Source: Yuukianura sp. NJ FZ-2021
Lineage: Eukaryota
Direction of reading: 5' to 3'
DNA length: 64,000 nucleotides
NCBI GenBank assembly: GCA_046563655.1
Contig: CM102283.1
Location: 8,308,001-8,372,000 of the forward strand
The notes beneath the pieces were generated by a model that saw nothing but the letters and a program-made list of their open reading frames with translations, was not told where the DNA came from and did not search any database. Both the position numbers and the translations under genes were made by a program. Shown here one piece after another: positions 40,239 through 53,279 of the stretch (position 1 is the first letter of the stretch; each line of letters begins with the position of its first letter).

Positions 40239-43200
40239 TTTCGTCTAGTAGTGTTACCTAGGTTAAAGATAACATCAAAGTAAATTGGAAACTTTCCTTG
40301 CTAATTAGATTAGATCTATTCTAATTCCAATTCAACTGAACATGTATTATGAGGAAAATTATATCTCAGCACGTACCGACAACGGGAGGGCGTAGTCCAA
40401 GACTAAACCAGATAATCAAATAACGGTTATGCTAAGCCAAATCCAGAACTCCAAAACTATTGACGTAACTTGACACGTCCCAAGGTCAAGTTGTTATTGC
40501 AGGCAGGCACAGAGTGAGTGATTTCGGCAGTTTTTGGGCTTATTGGGGTCAGCTGGACGGAAACCACGTGTTTTGACACTCCCGTTCTTGCAATGAGTTC
40601 TTCACTTCCCTTGGCCCCGCCCACTTTTCCAAAAAGCGTCTCTCTTAGTAATCTCAATGAATTTTTATGAAAAATTTCAAAAATTTATCAAAAAACTGAA
40701 AAGTATCATTTTGGAAGAATACCGTTGTATTTCTGTGTTCTAGAACGTTAGTAGGTCAAGGGTCAGCCTATTTTTTTGTCAGTGGTCCTCTACCTTACAG
40801 CAGCAGCGTCTGCATATACCGTTCAGTAGAGGTAAATTAAGCCTCAATTGAATTTAATTAAAAACTTTAATTAATTGTAAAACTAAAAACTTATTGTATT
40901 TCCTTCATTACGCAATACTTTTACTTTCAGTTGAAAATTCGCACCTTCCTTATTGCCTTTTTGGCTTTGACCACATTTTCACACCTTGAAACATTGCAAA
41001 AGCCTTGACTTAATTTGAATGACACCATTCGAGGTCCGCAGTTTTTCAGATTGAGCAATTTGAGTAATTGGCAATTTATATTAATTAAACAGCGTAGCAA
41101 TTAAAGCCAGTGTCAACTTTAAACTAATCGTAAGTTCCTGTGTCATAAGCTTTGGAATTTTAGTTAAGTACGGGGTACATGACTCAACTAAATTTTCTAG
41201 GAAATTCTTGGATTTCACATGCGCTTGTGCATTGCGTGACCTGTCCCACCATACTCAAATTTCAAAAACAAAAAAACGTTTGAAAAAAGTTGACATTAAA
41301 TTCCCCGTTCCCACGAGGCCCATGTTTTTGTTCCAGGAAATTCAAAAACATAAAGTTCAAAATTGTACTAAATCCGGTTTTTTTTTCTGTAACTTTCCAT
41401 TAACAATTGACGTCACTTTTCCTGGAAATGGACCAACGTGACTTCTTTCAGGTTATTCCATTCATCAAAACAATTTTCATCCCAGGTTCAACCTTGATTT
41501 GATGTAAGTCATGTAACTTGCTACATAACATTCTGCAATCTTCCCAAAATTATAAAAAAAAAGTTATGAAAAGTCCGAAGTTGATGGAAAATCCAAATTA
41601 AAAAAAAAGTTGTCTTTTACGTTTTCCGTGAGTCTGGTAAACTTTTGAGGAACATCAACTCTTAAATTAGTTTTCTTCTAAATTTTACATTTCTGGCTTC
41701 CAATAAAACCAGTTTTGGCGTGTTGCTATAATTTTTCGTTTCAAAATTCAAGGTTCTACTACTAAATTCATCGTTTAAAGTAAAAATGGTAAACAAAACG
41801 ACGCGTCCGGGACCTAAACTGGTTTTTACTCCCTTTTTTTGAATGTGGTCAGATCATTTTGGAAAAATCTTCTGGAATGCATTTCTTTTGTTAATGGACG
41901 CAGTAGTGAAACTATTTTTTAGTGACTTTCCTATTTTCCTATACCTCAACACAAAAAACAAAAACAAAAAAATTATCAAATATTTTTTGGAACTGAAAAT
42001 ACTCAAAAACAATTCTTCCAAACTTCAAGGACGACCACGACCATATCACATAGGATTACAACTTTTGGCAAATGAAATTTTTTTAAATTTGAAATAAAAT
42101 TACGACGTAAAAGGCCATCGCGTAAGATGCCGAAACTTTGATCACAAAAAACTTACGATCCTTTGACGAAATTTTGATCGTAAATCGAAACAACCGTCTT
42201 TCCACAGTTATTATAATTATTGGAGTGGAACAAATGCAATTTTATGTTGTTTAAATTTTATGTTTTACACACGATATCTCAACTTCGTCATCATTTGAAA
42301 AGTGATGTTACGTGACACTGACAACTGCATGAGACGTGTCCAAGCATGCCAAGAAGACATTGGCCACCTCAGTATCTTATAACTTCCTGCGTCACTTTTG
42401 CTCATTTTTTGCAAAAGGCAGTTGACTATGACCTCATCTGTGAACAATTAAGTTCGAAACAATGCAATTCCTTGGCTCAATTTCCAATTTTTAGGACCTA
42501 CATAAAGTTAGTGTCCTCCCTAAATTGCATTTTTTTTTGCAAAACAATTTCACTGTTGACAGAAAGCCATGTCCCAAATATTTCCTGCTGAGGGCGTCAC
42601 GTACTCTAAGGTTTTAGTGTTTAACAGGATATGATCTTAACAAAAACTAAGGTTTAATAGCACAGTTAAGGTTAGTTTAAGTTAGGTATATGTTTAAGGA
42701 GTACTTCTACTTCAGCAGTACCTAGTATTTGAGCCTATGTTGTAGGAAGAGTGAACAAAGAGAGGGACAGTCAAGGTCAAAGTTTGGCAATTCCTGACTT
42801 ACGTTAGGCCTAAGTGGCTTGACCACTTTTGGTTAGGTTTAGACCAACCTAACGAAGTTGGCGTTTCGTCAACAATCAAGTACTTGCCAGTTTTTAGTAG
42901 TTGGACATTGGAGGGTTGAATAATAAGGATTTTGTTTACGATTGTTAAGGCTAAGCTGTTTGTTATAGTTACTCCCTTTAAAAATACTTACGTCAGTCTT
43001 AACTATTGATCCCCTAATAATACGTCGTCATTTTCCCTTCAGGGTGCCACACGCTACCGCAATTAAGCTTCTCAGTTCTGGTTTGACGTGTTTTTCTAAA
43101 CGTTTTTTTTTCTACTGGAAAAGTATTGCCACACCTCGCCTGTAAAGTCAAGCAATCACAACAGTCCAGAACTTGAATCCGGAAAGAAAGCATCACACGC

Positions 43201-43303
43201 AGGTCCACCTTCACATTCAGACGAGAACAGTTTCTACGCAACGCGAATTGAAATTTCACGCAGGACGTAAAATTTCAAGAAATTTTGCAAAAATTTACTC
43301 AAT

Positions 43304-44671
43304 ATGGATTTCCATAGCGAAGCTACCGAAATCCCAGAGGGGGACGCTTTAAAACGTCTTCTGGAAGAACTTCGTGCAAGAGTCATTGGTATAAAAACAA
43401 AACATCGAAACATTTGTACTTTTTTTTAAGTTTTTAAAACTTTTTGAATTTTAGGCCTCGAGTTGACCATTACGCCAAGAACAGACGACCCCTTCTTGAC
43501 CAAATTCCTCAACGCCAAGAACTACGTGGTAGAAGAGGCGTTGAAGTCAGTGAAGCGTTACTATGCCAACGTCAAGCGGAACTTGGACTTTATCAAAGGC
43601 ATCCGTCCTTCGGACTTCACTGACACGTTTCTCAATGGCCCATTTTTCATCTTCAAGCATTGGTCCAAAGGGCGCAGAATCGGAGCCATTCAACTGTCCA
43701 AATGGAAACCAAAAGTGCATAGTCTTCGGGATGTCCAGTTGACTGCTGTGCTCATGGCGGAACACGCCCTCTGGGAACCAGAGATGCAAAAGAAGGGCTT
43801 CGTCATCATCTTTGACCTCAAGGGACTCTCTTTTGAACAAATCCGATACGCCACACCACGGGAACTCAAACGCATACTGCTCACTGGACAGGTACTAAAA
43901 ACAAAAACGAAATTTCGGTCGAAGTAAACCTAAACTGTATGAATTGTAACCACCAGCGCCACATTTGTAAACCACTCTGCGAATAAGCTCTGTGGTAACA
44001 ATGCAACAGCTGTTGTTGACTTTAACAAACCGCACCATACTTGTATCCACCAGGTTGGATTTTGTAAATTCAAAAACAGCTGTTTTATTGTAACTACCCA
44101 GCTATCCACAAAGTGGTTACAAATACGGCAGTGGTGGTTACACTGCGTGGTTAAAACGGATCCAATTTAGGTTTACTTCAACCCAAAATTCAAAATAATT
44201 TTTCAAAGAAAAAAGTATTTCTTTTAAAATTCTTAAACTTCCTAGGAAGGACTGCCAATCAAGGTGTCGGAAGTGCACATAGTCAACCCACCGCCATTCT
44301 ATTGGTCTGTTCACGCCATTTCAATGAGATTTGTGAAAGAAAAAATTCGAAAACGAATTCACATTCACTACAATCACGAGAGTCTACATGAATTTCTGGA
44401 TGCTGGAATTTGTCCAGCATCGCTTGGTGGAACCCTTAGTGAAAATGAAGCCAGAGACTACGAGGGCATCGACTACATATTACGCAAAAACATTCTCTAT
44501 GAAGGTAGGCCCTTAAAAACTTGTTTCTACATTTCTAAAAAAAATTCAAACTAACTTTTCAAATTTTGATTTTTAGATATGTGGAACGGTGACAGAAATT
44601 ATGAGAAACAATACCGAAAATTGGGACGTAAGCGCTCATCTGCCGGTGACGTTGTGTATAGCTTGGCGTAA
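43304..44671 (+). CDS. CRAL-TRIO (alpha-tocopherol transfer protein / clavesin-like) lipid-binding protein
   Basis: DDPFLTKFLNAKNY, GFVIIFDLKGLS, PIKVSEVHIVNPP, KEKIRKRIHIH, PASLGG. Exons 43304-43388, 43455-43891, 44246-44504 and 44577-44671. Confidence 0.92.
43917..44183. mobile_element. Palindromic MITE-like element in CRAL-TRIO intron 2
   Basis: Terminal ggtcgaagtaaacctaaa / tttaggtttacttcaacc plus inner inverted blocks (tgtaaccacca / tggtggttaca; tttgtaaaccact / agtggttacaaa). Confidence 0.7.
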
Positions 44672-45182
44672 AAATTTTCTTCTAGAAACTTCTTAAATTT
44701 TTCGAAATCTTCTTCAAAAATTTCGCAACAGTTTCGTCCATTTTTGGTCTTATTTATTAACTGTAAGTCCACAAACGTTTTGTTTTATACTTTTCGCTTC
44801 GTGTGAATAAAGCAATTTCCAAAAAAAAAAAATGCACAAAAAAATTGCAAGTTTTGATGTCAACTTATTTACGTCCTCACAGTTTCTTTCGGAACGGTAA
44901 AGAGACAATTGAACGCGTTCGTGAAAAAACCACATAACTCATTTTTGGTTTAACCTAAAGTTGTACCTACTAATTTGTTTGTAAACAAACTTGCAGTTGC
45001 AACCGAATTTGGAAGTGTGAAATCATCCGCATTCAAACTGCTTTATTGATTTAAAGCCTCTGTGTCTGTCTGTCTGTCACCCACTAAAAGATAGCCAGTA
45101 CAAAGCACGAATATTTTATACACATGAATTGCTACCACGATTACGACCACATTAGCATTATGACGGGCTAATGGCAAGCAAT

Positions 45183-45640
45183 AGAGGTTGTTGTGAATGT
45201 GACTGATTTTTTAAGAGATTCAGCAGTTGTAATTCTGAAGAATCTATGCCACCCCTCTGGAGGTGACTGAGAACATTTCAGACACTTCAGTCATAACGAA
45301 ACATCAAACGTAGTAGGCTGTTTGCAGGCCAAAGCTGAGGTTGTTGTAAATGTGACTGACTTTTTTAAATATTCAGCAGTTGTAATTCTAAAGAATCCAT
45401 GCCACCCCTCTGGAGGTGGCTGGAACATTTCAGACACTTCAGTCGTACCGAAACATCAAACGTACTAGCCTGTTTACAGACCAAAGCTGAGGTTGTTGTG
45501 AATGTGACTGATTTTTTTTTAAATATTCAGCAGTTGTAATTCTGAAGAATCCATGCCACCCCTCTGGAGGTGGCTGGAACATTTCAGACACTTCAGTCGT
45601 ACCGAAACATCAAACGTACTAGCCTGTTTACAGACCAAAG
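45183..45640. repeat. Three 152-154-bp tandem units related to the adjacent 167-bp satellite
   Basis: The anchor gctgaggttgttgt recurs at 45334, 45486 and 45640. Units share gaggNtgttgtgaat..tcagNagt..agaatcca with the 167-bp unit. Confidence 0.9.
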
Positions 45641-48600
45641 CTGAGGTTGTTGTGAATATGACCGAACTTATAAAATGTTCAGTAGTCGTTATACTGTAGA
45701 ATCCAACTCGCAGTGTGGCGGTGGCTGTAATATAGCCATGCACAAGACGTCGAGTGTGTTTAGCCACGCCCAGACATCGGATTCGTGAAACTGTATTCAG
45801 GCAATAGCTGAGGATGTTGTGAATATGACTGAATATATAAAATGTTCAGTAGTGGTTATACTGTAGAATCCAACTCGCAGTGTGGCGGTGGCTGTAATAT
45901 AGCCATGCACAAGACGTCGAGTGTGTTTAGCCACGCCCAGACATCGGATTCGTGAAACTGTATTCAGGCAATAGCTGAGGATGTTGTGAATATGACTTAA
46001 TTTATAAAATGTTCAGTTGTGGTTATACTGTAGAATCCAACTCGCAGTGTGGCGGTGGCTGAAATATAGCCATGCACAAGACGTCGAGTGTGTTTAGCCA
46101 TGCCCAGACATCGGATTTGGGAAACAGTATTCAGGCAATAGCTGAGGATGTTGTGAATATGACTTAATTTATAAAATATTCAGGAGTAGTTATACTTTAG
46201 ATTCCAACTCGCAGTGTGGCGGTGGCTGAAATATAGCCATGCACAAGACGTCGAGTGTGTTTAGCCACGCCCAGACATGCGACTTGTGAAACTGTATTCA
46301 GGCAATAGCTCAGGATGTTGTGAATATGACTGAATATATAAAATGTTCAGTAGTGGTTATACTGTAGAATCCAACTCGCAGTGTGGCGGTGGCTGTAATA
46401 TAGCCATGCACAAGACGTCGAGTGTGTTTAGCCACACCCAGACATGCGACTTGTGAAACTGTATTCAGGCAATAGTTCAGGATGTTGTGAATATGACTGA
46501 ATATATAAAATGTTCAGTAGTGGTTATACTGTACAATCCAACTTGCAGTGTAGCGGTGGCTGTAATATAGCCATGCACAAGACGTCGAGCGTGTTTAGCC
46601 TCGCCCAGACATCGGATTTGTGAAACTGTATTCAGGCAATAGCTGAGGATGTTGTGAATATGACTGAATTTATAAAATGTTCAGTAGTGGTTATACTGTA
46701 GAATCCAACTCGCAGTGTGGCGGTGGCTGTAATATAGCCATGCACAAGACGTCGAGTGTGTTTAGCCACGCCCAGGCATCGGATTCGTGAAACTGTATTC
46801 AGGCAATAGCTGAGGATGTTGTGAATATGACTTAATTTATAAAATGTTCAGTTGTGGTTATACTGTAGAATCCAACTCGCAGTGTGGCGGTGGCTGTAAT
46901 ATAGCCATGCACAAGACGTCGAGTGTGTTTAGCCACGCCCAGGCATCGGATTCGTGAAACTGTATTCAGGCAATAGCTGAGGATGTTGTGAATATGACTT
47001 AATTTATAAAATGTTCAGTTGTGGTTATACTGTAGAATCCAACTCGCGGTGTGGCGGTGGCTGAAATATAGCCATGCACAAGACGTCGAGTGTGTTTAGC
47101 CATGCCCAGACATCGGATTTGGGAAACAGTATTCAGGCAATAGCTGAGGATGTTGTGAATATGACTTAATTTATAAAATATTCAGGAGTAGTTATACTAC
47201 AGAGTCCAACTCGCAGTGTGGCGGTGGCTGAAATATAGCCATGCACAAGACGTCGAGTGTGTTTAGCCACACCCAGACATGCGACTTGTGAAACTGTATT
47301 CAGGCAATAACTCAGGATGTTGTGAATATGACTGAATATATAAAATGTTCAGTAGTGGTTATACTGTAGAATCCAACTCGCAGTGTGGCGGTGGCTGTAA
47401 TATAGCGATGCACAAGACGTCGAGTGTGTTTAGCCATGCCCAGACATCGGATTTGGGAAACAGTATTCAGGCAATAGCTGAGGATGTTGTGAATATGACT
47501 TAATTTATAAAATGTTCAGTTGTGGTTATACTGTAGAATCCAACTCGCAGTGTGGCGGTGGCTGAAATATAGCCATGCACAAGACGTCGAGTGTGTTTAG
47601 CCATGCCCAGACATCGGATTTGGGAAACAGTATTCAGGCAATAGCTGAGGATGTTGTGAATATGACTTAATTTATAAAATATTCAGTTGTGGTTATACTG
47701 TAGAATCCAACTCGCAGTGTGGCGGTGGCTGAAATATAGCCATGCACAAGACGTCGAGTGTGTTTAGCCACACCCAGACATGCGACTTGTGAAACTGTAT
47801 TCAGGCAATAACTCAGGATGTTGTGAATATGACTGAATATATAAAATGTTCAGTAGTGGTTATACTGTAGAATCCAACTCGCAGTGTGGCGGTGGCTGTA
47901 ATATAGCGATGCACAAGACGTCGAGTGTGTTTAGCCATGCCCAGACATCGGATTTGGGAAACAGTATTCAGGCAATAGCTGAGGATGTTGTGAATATGAC
48001 TTAATTTATAAAATATTCAGTTGTGGTTATACTGTAGAATCCAACTCGCGGTGTGGCGGTGGCTGAAATATAGCCATGCACAAGACGTCGAGTGTGTTTA
48101 GCCATGCCCAGACATCGGATTTGGGAAACAGTATTCAGGCAATAGCTGAGGATGTTGTGAATATGACTTAATTTATAAAATATTCAGGAGTAGTTATACT
48201 ACAGAGTCCAACTCGCAGTGTGGCGGTGGCTGAAATATAGCCATGCACAAGACGTCGAGTGTGTTTAGCCACGCCCAGACATCGGATTCGTGAAACTGTA
48301 TTCAGGCAATAGCTGAGGATGTTGTGAATATGACTGAATATATAAAATGTTCAGTAGTGGTTATACTGTAGAATCCAACTCGCAGTGTGGCGGTGGCTGT
48401 AATATAGCCATGCACAAGACGTCGAGTGTGTTTAGCCACGCCCAGACATCGGATTCGTGAAACTGTATTCAGGCAATAGCTGAGGATGTTGTGAATATGA
48501 CTGAATATATAAAATGTTCAGTAGTGGTTATACTGTAGAATCCAACTCGCAGTGTGGCGGTGGCTGTAATATAGCCATGCACAAGACGTCGAGTGTGTTT

Positions 48601-50802
48601 AGCCACGCCCAGACATGCGACTTGTGAAACTGTATTCAGGCAATAGCTCAGGATGTTGTCAATATGACTGAATATATAAAATGTTCAGTAGTGGTTATAC
48701 TGTAGAATCCAACTCGCAGTGTGGCGGTGGCTGTAATATAGCCATGCACAAGACGTCGAGTGTGTTTAGCCACGCCCAGACATCGGATTCGTGAAACTGT
48801 ATTCAGGCAATAGCTGAGGATGTTGTGAATATGACTGAATATATAAAATGTTCAGTAGTGGTTATACTGTAGAATCCAACTCGCAGTGTGGCGGTGGCTG
48901 TAATATAGCCATGCACAAGACGTCGAGTGTGTTTAGCCACGCCCAGACATCGGATTCGTGAAACTGTATTCAGGCAATAGCTGAGGATGTTGTGAATATG
49001 ACTTAATTTATAAAATGTTCAGTTGTGGTTATACTGTAGAATCCAACTCGCAGTGTGGCGGTGGCTGTAATATAGCCATGCACAAGACGTCGAGTGTGTT
49101 TAGCCACGCCCAGGCATCGGATTCGTGAAACTGTATTCAGGCAATAGCTGAGGATGTTGTGAATATGACTTAATTTATAAAATGTTCAGTTGTGGTTATA
49201 CTGTAGAATCCAACTCGCGGTGTGGCGGTGGCTGAAATATAGCCATGCACAAGACGTCGAGTGTGTTTAGCCATGCCCAGACATCGGATTTGGGAAACAG
49301 TATTCAGGCAATAGCTGAGGATGTTGTGAATATGACTTAATTTATAAAATGTTCAGTTGTGGTTATACTGTAGAATCCAACTCGCGGTGTGGCGGTGGCT
49401 GAAATATAGCCATGCACAAGACGTCGAGTGTGTTTAGCCATGCCCAGACATCGGATTTGGGAAACAGTATTCAGGCAATAGCTGAGGATGTTGTGAATAT
49501 GACTTAATTTATAAAATATTCAGGAGTAGTTATACTACAGAGTCCAACTCGCAGTGTGGCGGTGGCTGAAATATAGCCATGCACAAGACGTCGAGTGTGT
49601 TTAGCCACACCCAGACATGCGACTTGTGAAACTGTATTCAGGCAATAGTTCAGGATGTTGTGAATATGACTGAATATATAAAATGTTCAGTAGTGGTTAT
49701 ACTGTAGAATCCAACTCGCAGTGTGGCGGTGGCTGTAATATAGCCATGCACAAGACGTCGAGTGTGTTTAGCCATGCCCAGACATCGGATTTGGGAAACA
49801 GTATTCAGGCAATAGCTGAGGATGTTGTGAATATGACTTAATTTATAAAATGTTCAGTTGTGGTTATACTGTAGAATCCAACTCGCAGTGTGGCGGTGGC
49901 TGAAATATAGCCATGCACAAGACGTCGAGTGTGTTTAGCCATGCCCAGACATCGGATTTGGGAAACAGTATTCAGGCAATAGCTGAGGATGTTGTGAATA
50001 TGACTTAATTTATAAAATATTCAGTTGTGGTTATACTGTAGAATCCAACTCGCAGTGTGGCGGTGGCTGAAATATAGCCATGCACAAGACGTCGAGTGTG
50101 TTTAGCCACACCCAGACATGCGACTTGTGAAACTGTATTCAGGCAATAACTCAGGATGTTGTGAATATGACTGAATATATAAAATGTTCAGTAGTGGTTA
50201 TACTGTAGAATCCAACTCGCAGTGTGGCGGTGGCTGAAATATAGCCATGCACAAGACGTCGAGTGTGTTTAGCCACACCCAGACATGCGACTTGTGAAAC
50301 TGTATTCAGGCAATAACTCAGGATGTTGTGAATATGACTGAATATATAAAATGTTCAGTAGTGGTTATACTGTAGAATCCAACTCGCAGTGTGGCGGTGG
50401 CTGAAATATAGCCATGCACAAGACGTCGAGTGTGTTTAGCCACACCCAGACATGCGACTTGTGAAACTGTATTCAGGCAATAACTCAGGATGTTGTGAAT
50501 ATGACTGAATATATAAAATGTTCAGTAGTGGTTATACTGTAGAATCCAACTCGCAGTGTGGCGGTGGCTGTAATATAGCCATGCACAAGACGTCGAGTGT
50601 GTTTAGCCACGCCCAGACATCGGATTCGTGAAACTGTATTCAGGCAATAGTTCAGGATGTTGTGAATATGACTGAATATATAAAATGTTCAGTAGTGGTT
50701 ATACTGTAGAATCCAACTCGCAGTGTGGCGGTGGCTGTAATATAGCCATGCACAAGACGTGGAGTGTGTTTAGCCATGCCCAGACATCGGATTCGTGAAA
50801 CT
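45640..50802. repeat. 167-bp tandem satellite, about 31 copies
   Basis: The anchor tagcca lies at 45761 and 50771, exactly 30 x 167 apart; units differ only by substitutions. Confidence 0.98.
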
Positions 50803-50825
50803 AATCGGATTTGTAAATGGGCCAT

Positions 50826-50948
50826 TGGCCCATTTTTCTTCTTCAAGCATTGGTCGAAAGGGCGCAGAATCGGAGCCATTCAACTCTACAAATGGAAACC
50901 AAAAGTACATAGTCTTCGGGATGTCTAGTTGACTGCTGTGCTCATGGC
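50826..50948 (+). pseudogene. Duplicated fragment of CRAL-TRIO exon 2
   Basis: 123 bp matching 43636-43758 with about 6 substitutions, one turning CAG into an in-frame TAG. Confidence 0.9.
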
Positions 50949-51370
50949 TGGACCGGCATTGCATCTTCATCTTCATTTATTTGCACTTTTAAAAAGTTTG
51001 TCAGTTTTTGCATGTGCAAAATTGGGAAAAAGAGGAGAGGAAGTTGAAATTTTGGTTTTGCAGATTCATGTCGCCAGTGCAAGCTTATGCGAACCCCGTG
51101 AGAAACTGAAGTGGAAATGAAATTTTTGCATCGTTTTAAAACCGGGAAGTGAAGTTTATATAGTTTTTTGGTTCAAGAAGCCCCGGAGGTTGAATTCCCA
51201 GTTATGTACATCGTAGGAAGAGGGGCAATGGCCTTTGCAGAACTTTACCTCCTGCTCCGTTAAATCCCTCTTTTGTGCGAATCTTGTGCTGCCAATCTCT
51301 AAATTTGCAATGAAGATGGTGAAGGAAGTGGAGAAAGTAGCAGAAGATGCAGTCGGAAGCCAAGATCAGC

Positions 51371-53279
51371 ATGGATTGGAAGCTCCTTACGATATTGACC
51401 TTTGCCCTTCCCGCCTGCCACGCCCTCCCTACAGTTGACAAAGGTCAGAAATTCATTTTCAAATTCAAATTTTTTCAAAAATGTTAAATTTTTCATTTTT
51501 CACAGGCGTTTTTGTGATTGTTGGAGTCCAAACTTGTGGAAACGGCAGCGGTTACTGCATTCTCGGAAATGAGTGTAGCGTGGACAAGGAGTTTGTGGCA
51601 GACGACAGCGGCGGAAACTGCGACGGTCTCAAAACGGCATTCACACCAAGAGCAAATTTCTTATGCTGCATGTTGGCCGGTACTTTTTCAAAAATATTGA
51701 AATAATTTCTGAAATCTACAAAAACAAGAAAGTTTAGGAAACAAAAACTTTGACTTTCTGTAGAACCAGAAGTGACAACGACTACAGTAAAAACGACAAC
51801 AACAACAACAGAAACTGTACCTTCCGTAGAGTCAGTGGAATCGACGTCTGTAGAATCTTCAGAATCAAATGAAGTACATCCAGCATCGGATGCTTCACAA
51901 CAACCAACTTCCGAAAATGTGCTGCCAAGCATCACCTCTACTCCAGCCACAACAACAACAACAATTTATGAACAGAAGACTGAGATCAGTGTTGAGCAGA
52001 GTCTGAGTCTGGAGATGATGTGCGGCATTTCTTATGGTGGAGTTGAAGAAGGGCGGGTCGCCAGTCAGGTATGGAAACCTATTAATAAATTTTCAATACA
52101 GTCCGAAAATTTTAAGTACAGTGGAACCTCTCATTGCGCAACTTTTAGCTCCGTCTGCTGATACGGTAAAGCTCAGAGAGATTTTAGTCGTACATTAACC
52201 AAAAACACTGTCTGCGGGGCAATACCTCAGTTGTGTTAGAATTTGGAACCGTACGGTATAACCGCCAAAAACTCTTAATTCCAACCAACCAATCAGGGCG
52301 TGTTGCACAATGAGAGGTTCCACTGTAGTATATCAAATTGTACTAAAAACTGGATTTTACTTTACTTTTGATTAGAATCCAACTACATCTTCGTGTTTCA
52401 CAGCCGCCATTGTGCGATCTCCCACTTCTTTGTTCTCCCTGTCCGATCCAGGATCTTTCCTCTGCACCGGCGCAATGATCTCCAAAGACTTTCTTCTAAC
52501 GTCCGCAACTTGCGTCAGTCGCCTGTTCCAGCAAGATTTGAGTCTCTTCAAAGTTATTCCTGGAGTTAAACATATTGTCCACCCAAGCCACGGACTCAGT
52601 GCTTCCGAGTATAGAAATATCCAGGAAATCCATGTCCACAAGGACTACGTTGTCAAGGGACATCTAAGATACAATGACATTGGTACTAATTGAATTGTTA
52701 AACTAACTTTTAGAACAAAAAACAAGTTAAATTTTTTGATTACCTTAACATTTTGGTTCCTAACAGCCTTGGTACGCCTGGAACCTTCCAATGGTACCGG
52801 AAGCTACTGCAGTATTTGCTTGCCAGATGAAGACGAAGACTGGACAAACTCCAGTTGTTTTGTAACGGGGTATTCACATCCCGCAGACTCAAATGGTAAA
52901 GTGTCATTGCTATACAAAAAATGTAATAATCTAAATTTTAAAGTATTGTGCAATAGTAATCTTATTGCGGTTACTTCCAGATTCCGATGGATTTTTACAT
53001 GAAGCTCCGCAGCACATTGAACCTAGGGAAGTTTGCAACCGAACTGTGACTCCTTCCTTTCACCGTGACCTCAACGGTCTCATTTGTGCCAGCGGTGAGA
53101 AGTCAGCGGAAGCATGTTTTTCCCCGAGAGATGCTGGATCTCCACTGAGTTGCAATGTGGGCGGAGTCATGAAATTGTCGGGAGTATTTAGTTCGGGATT
53201 CCACTGTGGGTCAGTGACCTCTCCCGTTCTCTATACTGAGATACGGAAATATCTCAGTTGGGTCAAAGTACTCATTTAA
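51371..53279 (+). CDS. Secreted clip-type serine protease homologue, catalytically inactive (masquerade-like architecture)
   Basis: Signal peptide MDWKLLTILTFALPACHA, six-Cys domain ending in CC, Thr/Ser/Glu linker. The trypsin domain has TSATC in place of TAAHC, retains NDIAL and has RDAGSP in place of GDSGGP. Confidence 0.85.
52119..52325. mobile_element. pogo/Tc1-type MITE in a protease-homologue intron
   Basis: TIR CAGTGGAACCTCTCATTGcGCAAC / GTTGCaCAATGAGAGGTTCCACTG with TA flanks. Confidence 0.85.

Noticed and set aside
45785-45820. Hammerhead ribozyme in the satellite monomer (GAAA ... CTGAGGA)
   Set aside because: Core-like words are present, but there is no UH cleavage site after the ctg/cag stem, no room for stem I and no closing pair for stem II. 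An Infernal search against hammerhead models would settle it.
45640-50802. CRISPR array or coding repeat interpretation of the 167-bp array
   Set aside because: Units are homologous along their whole length with no unique spacers, there are no cas genes, 167 is not a multiple of 3, and no long ORF runs through the array.
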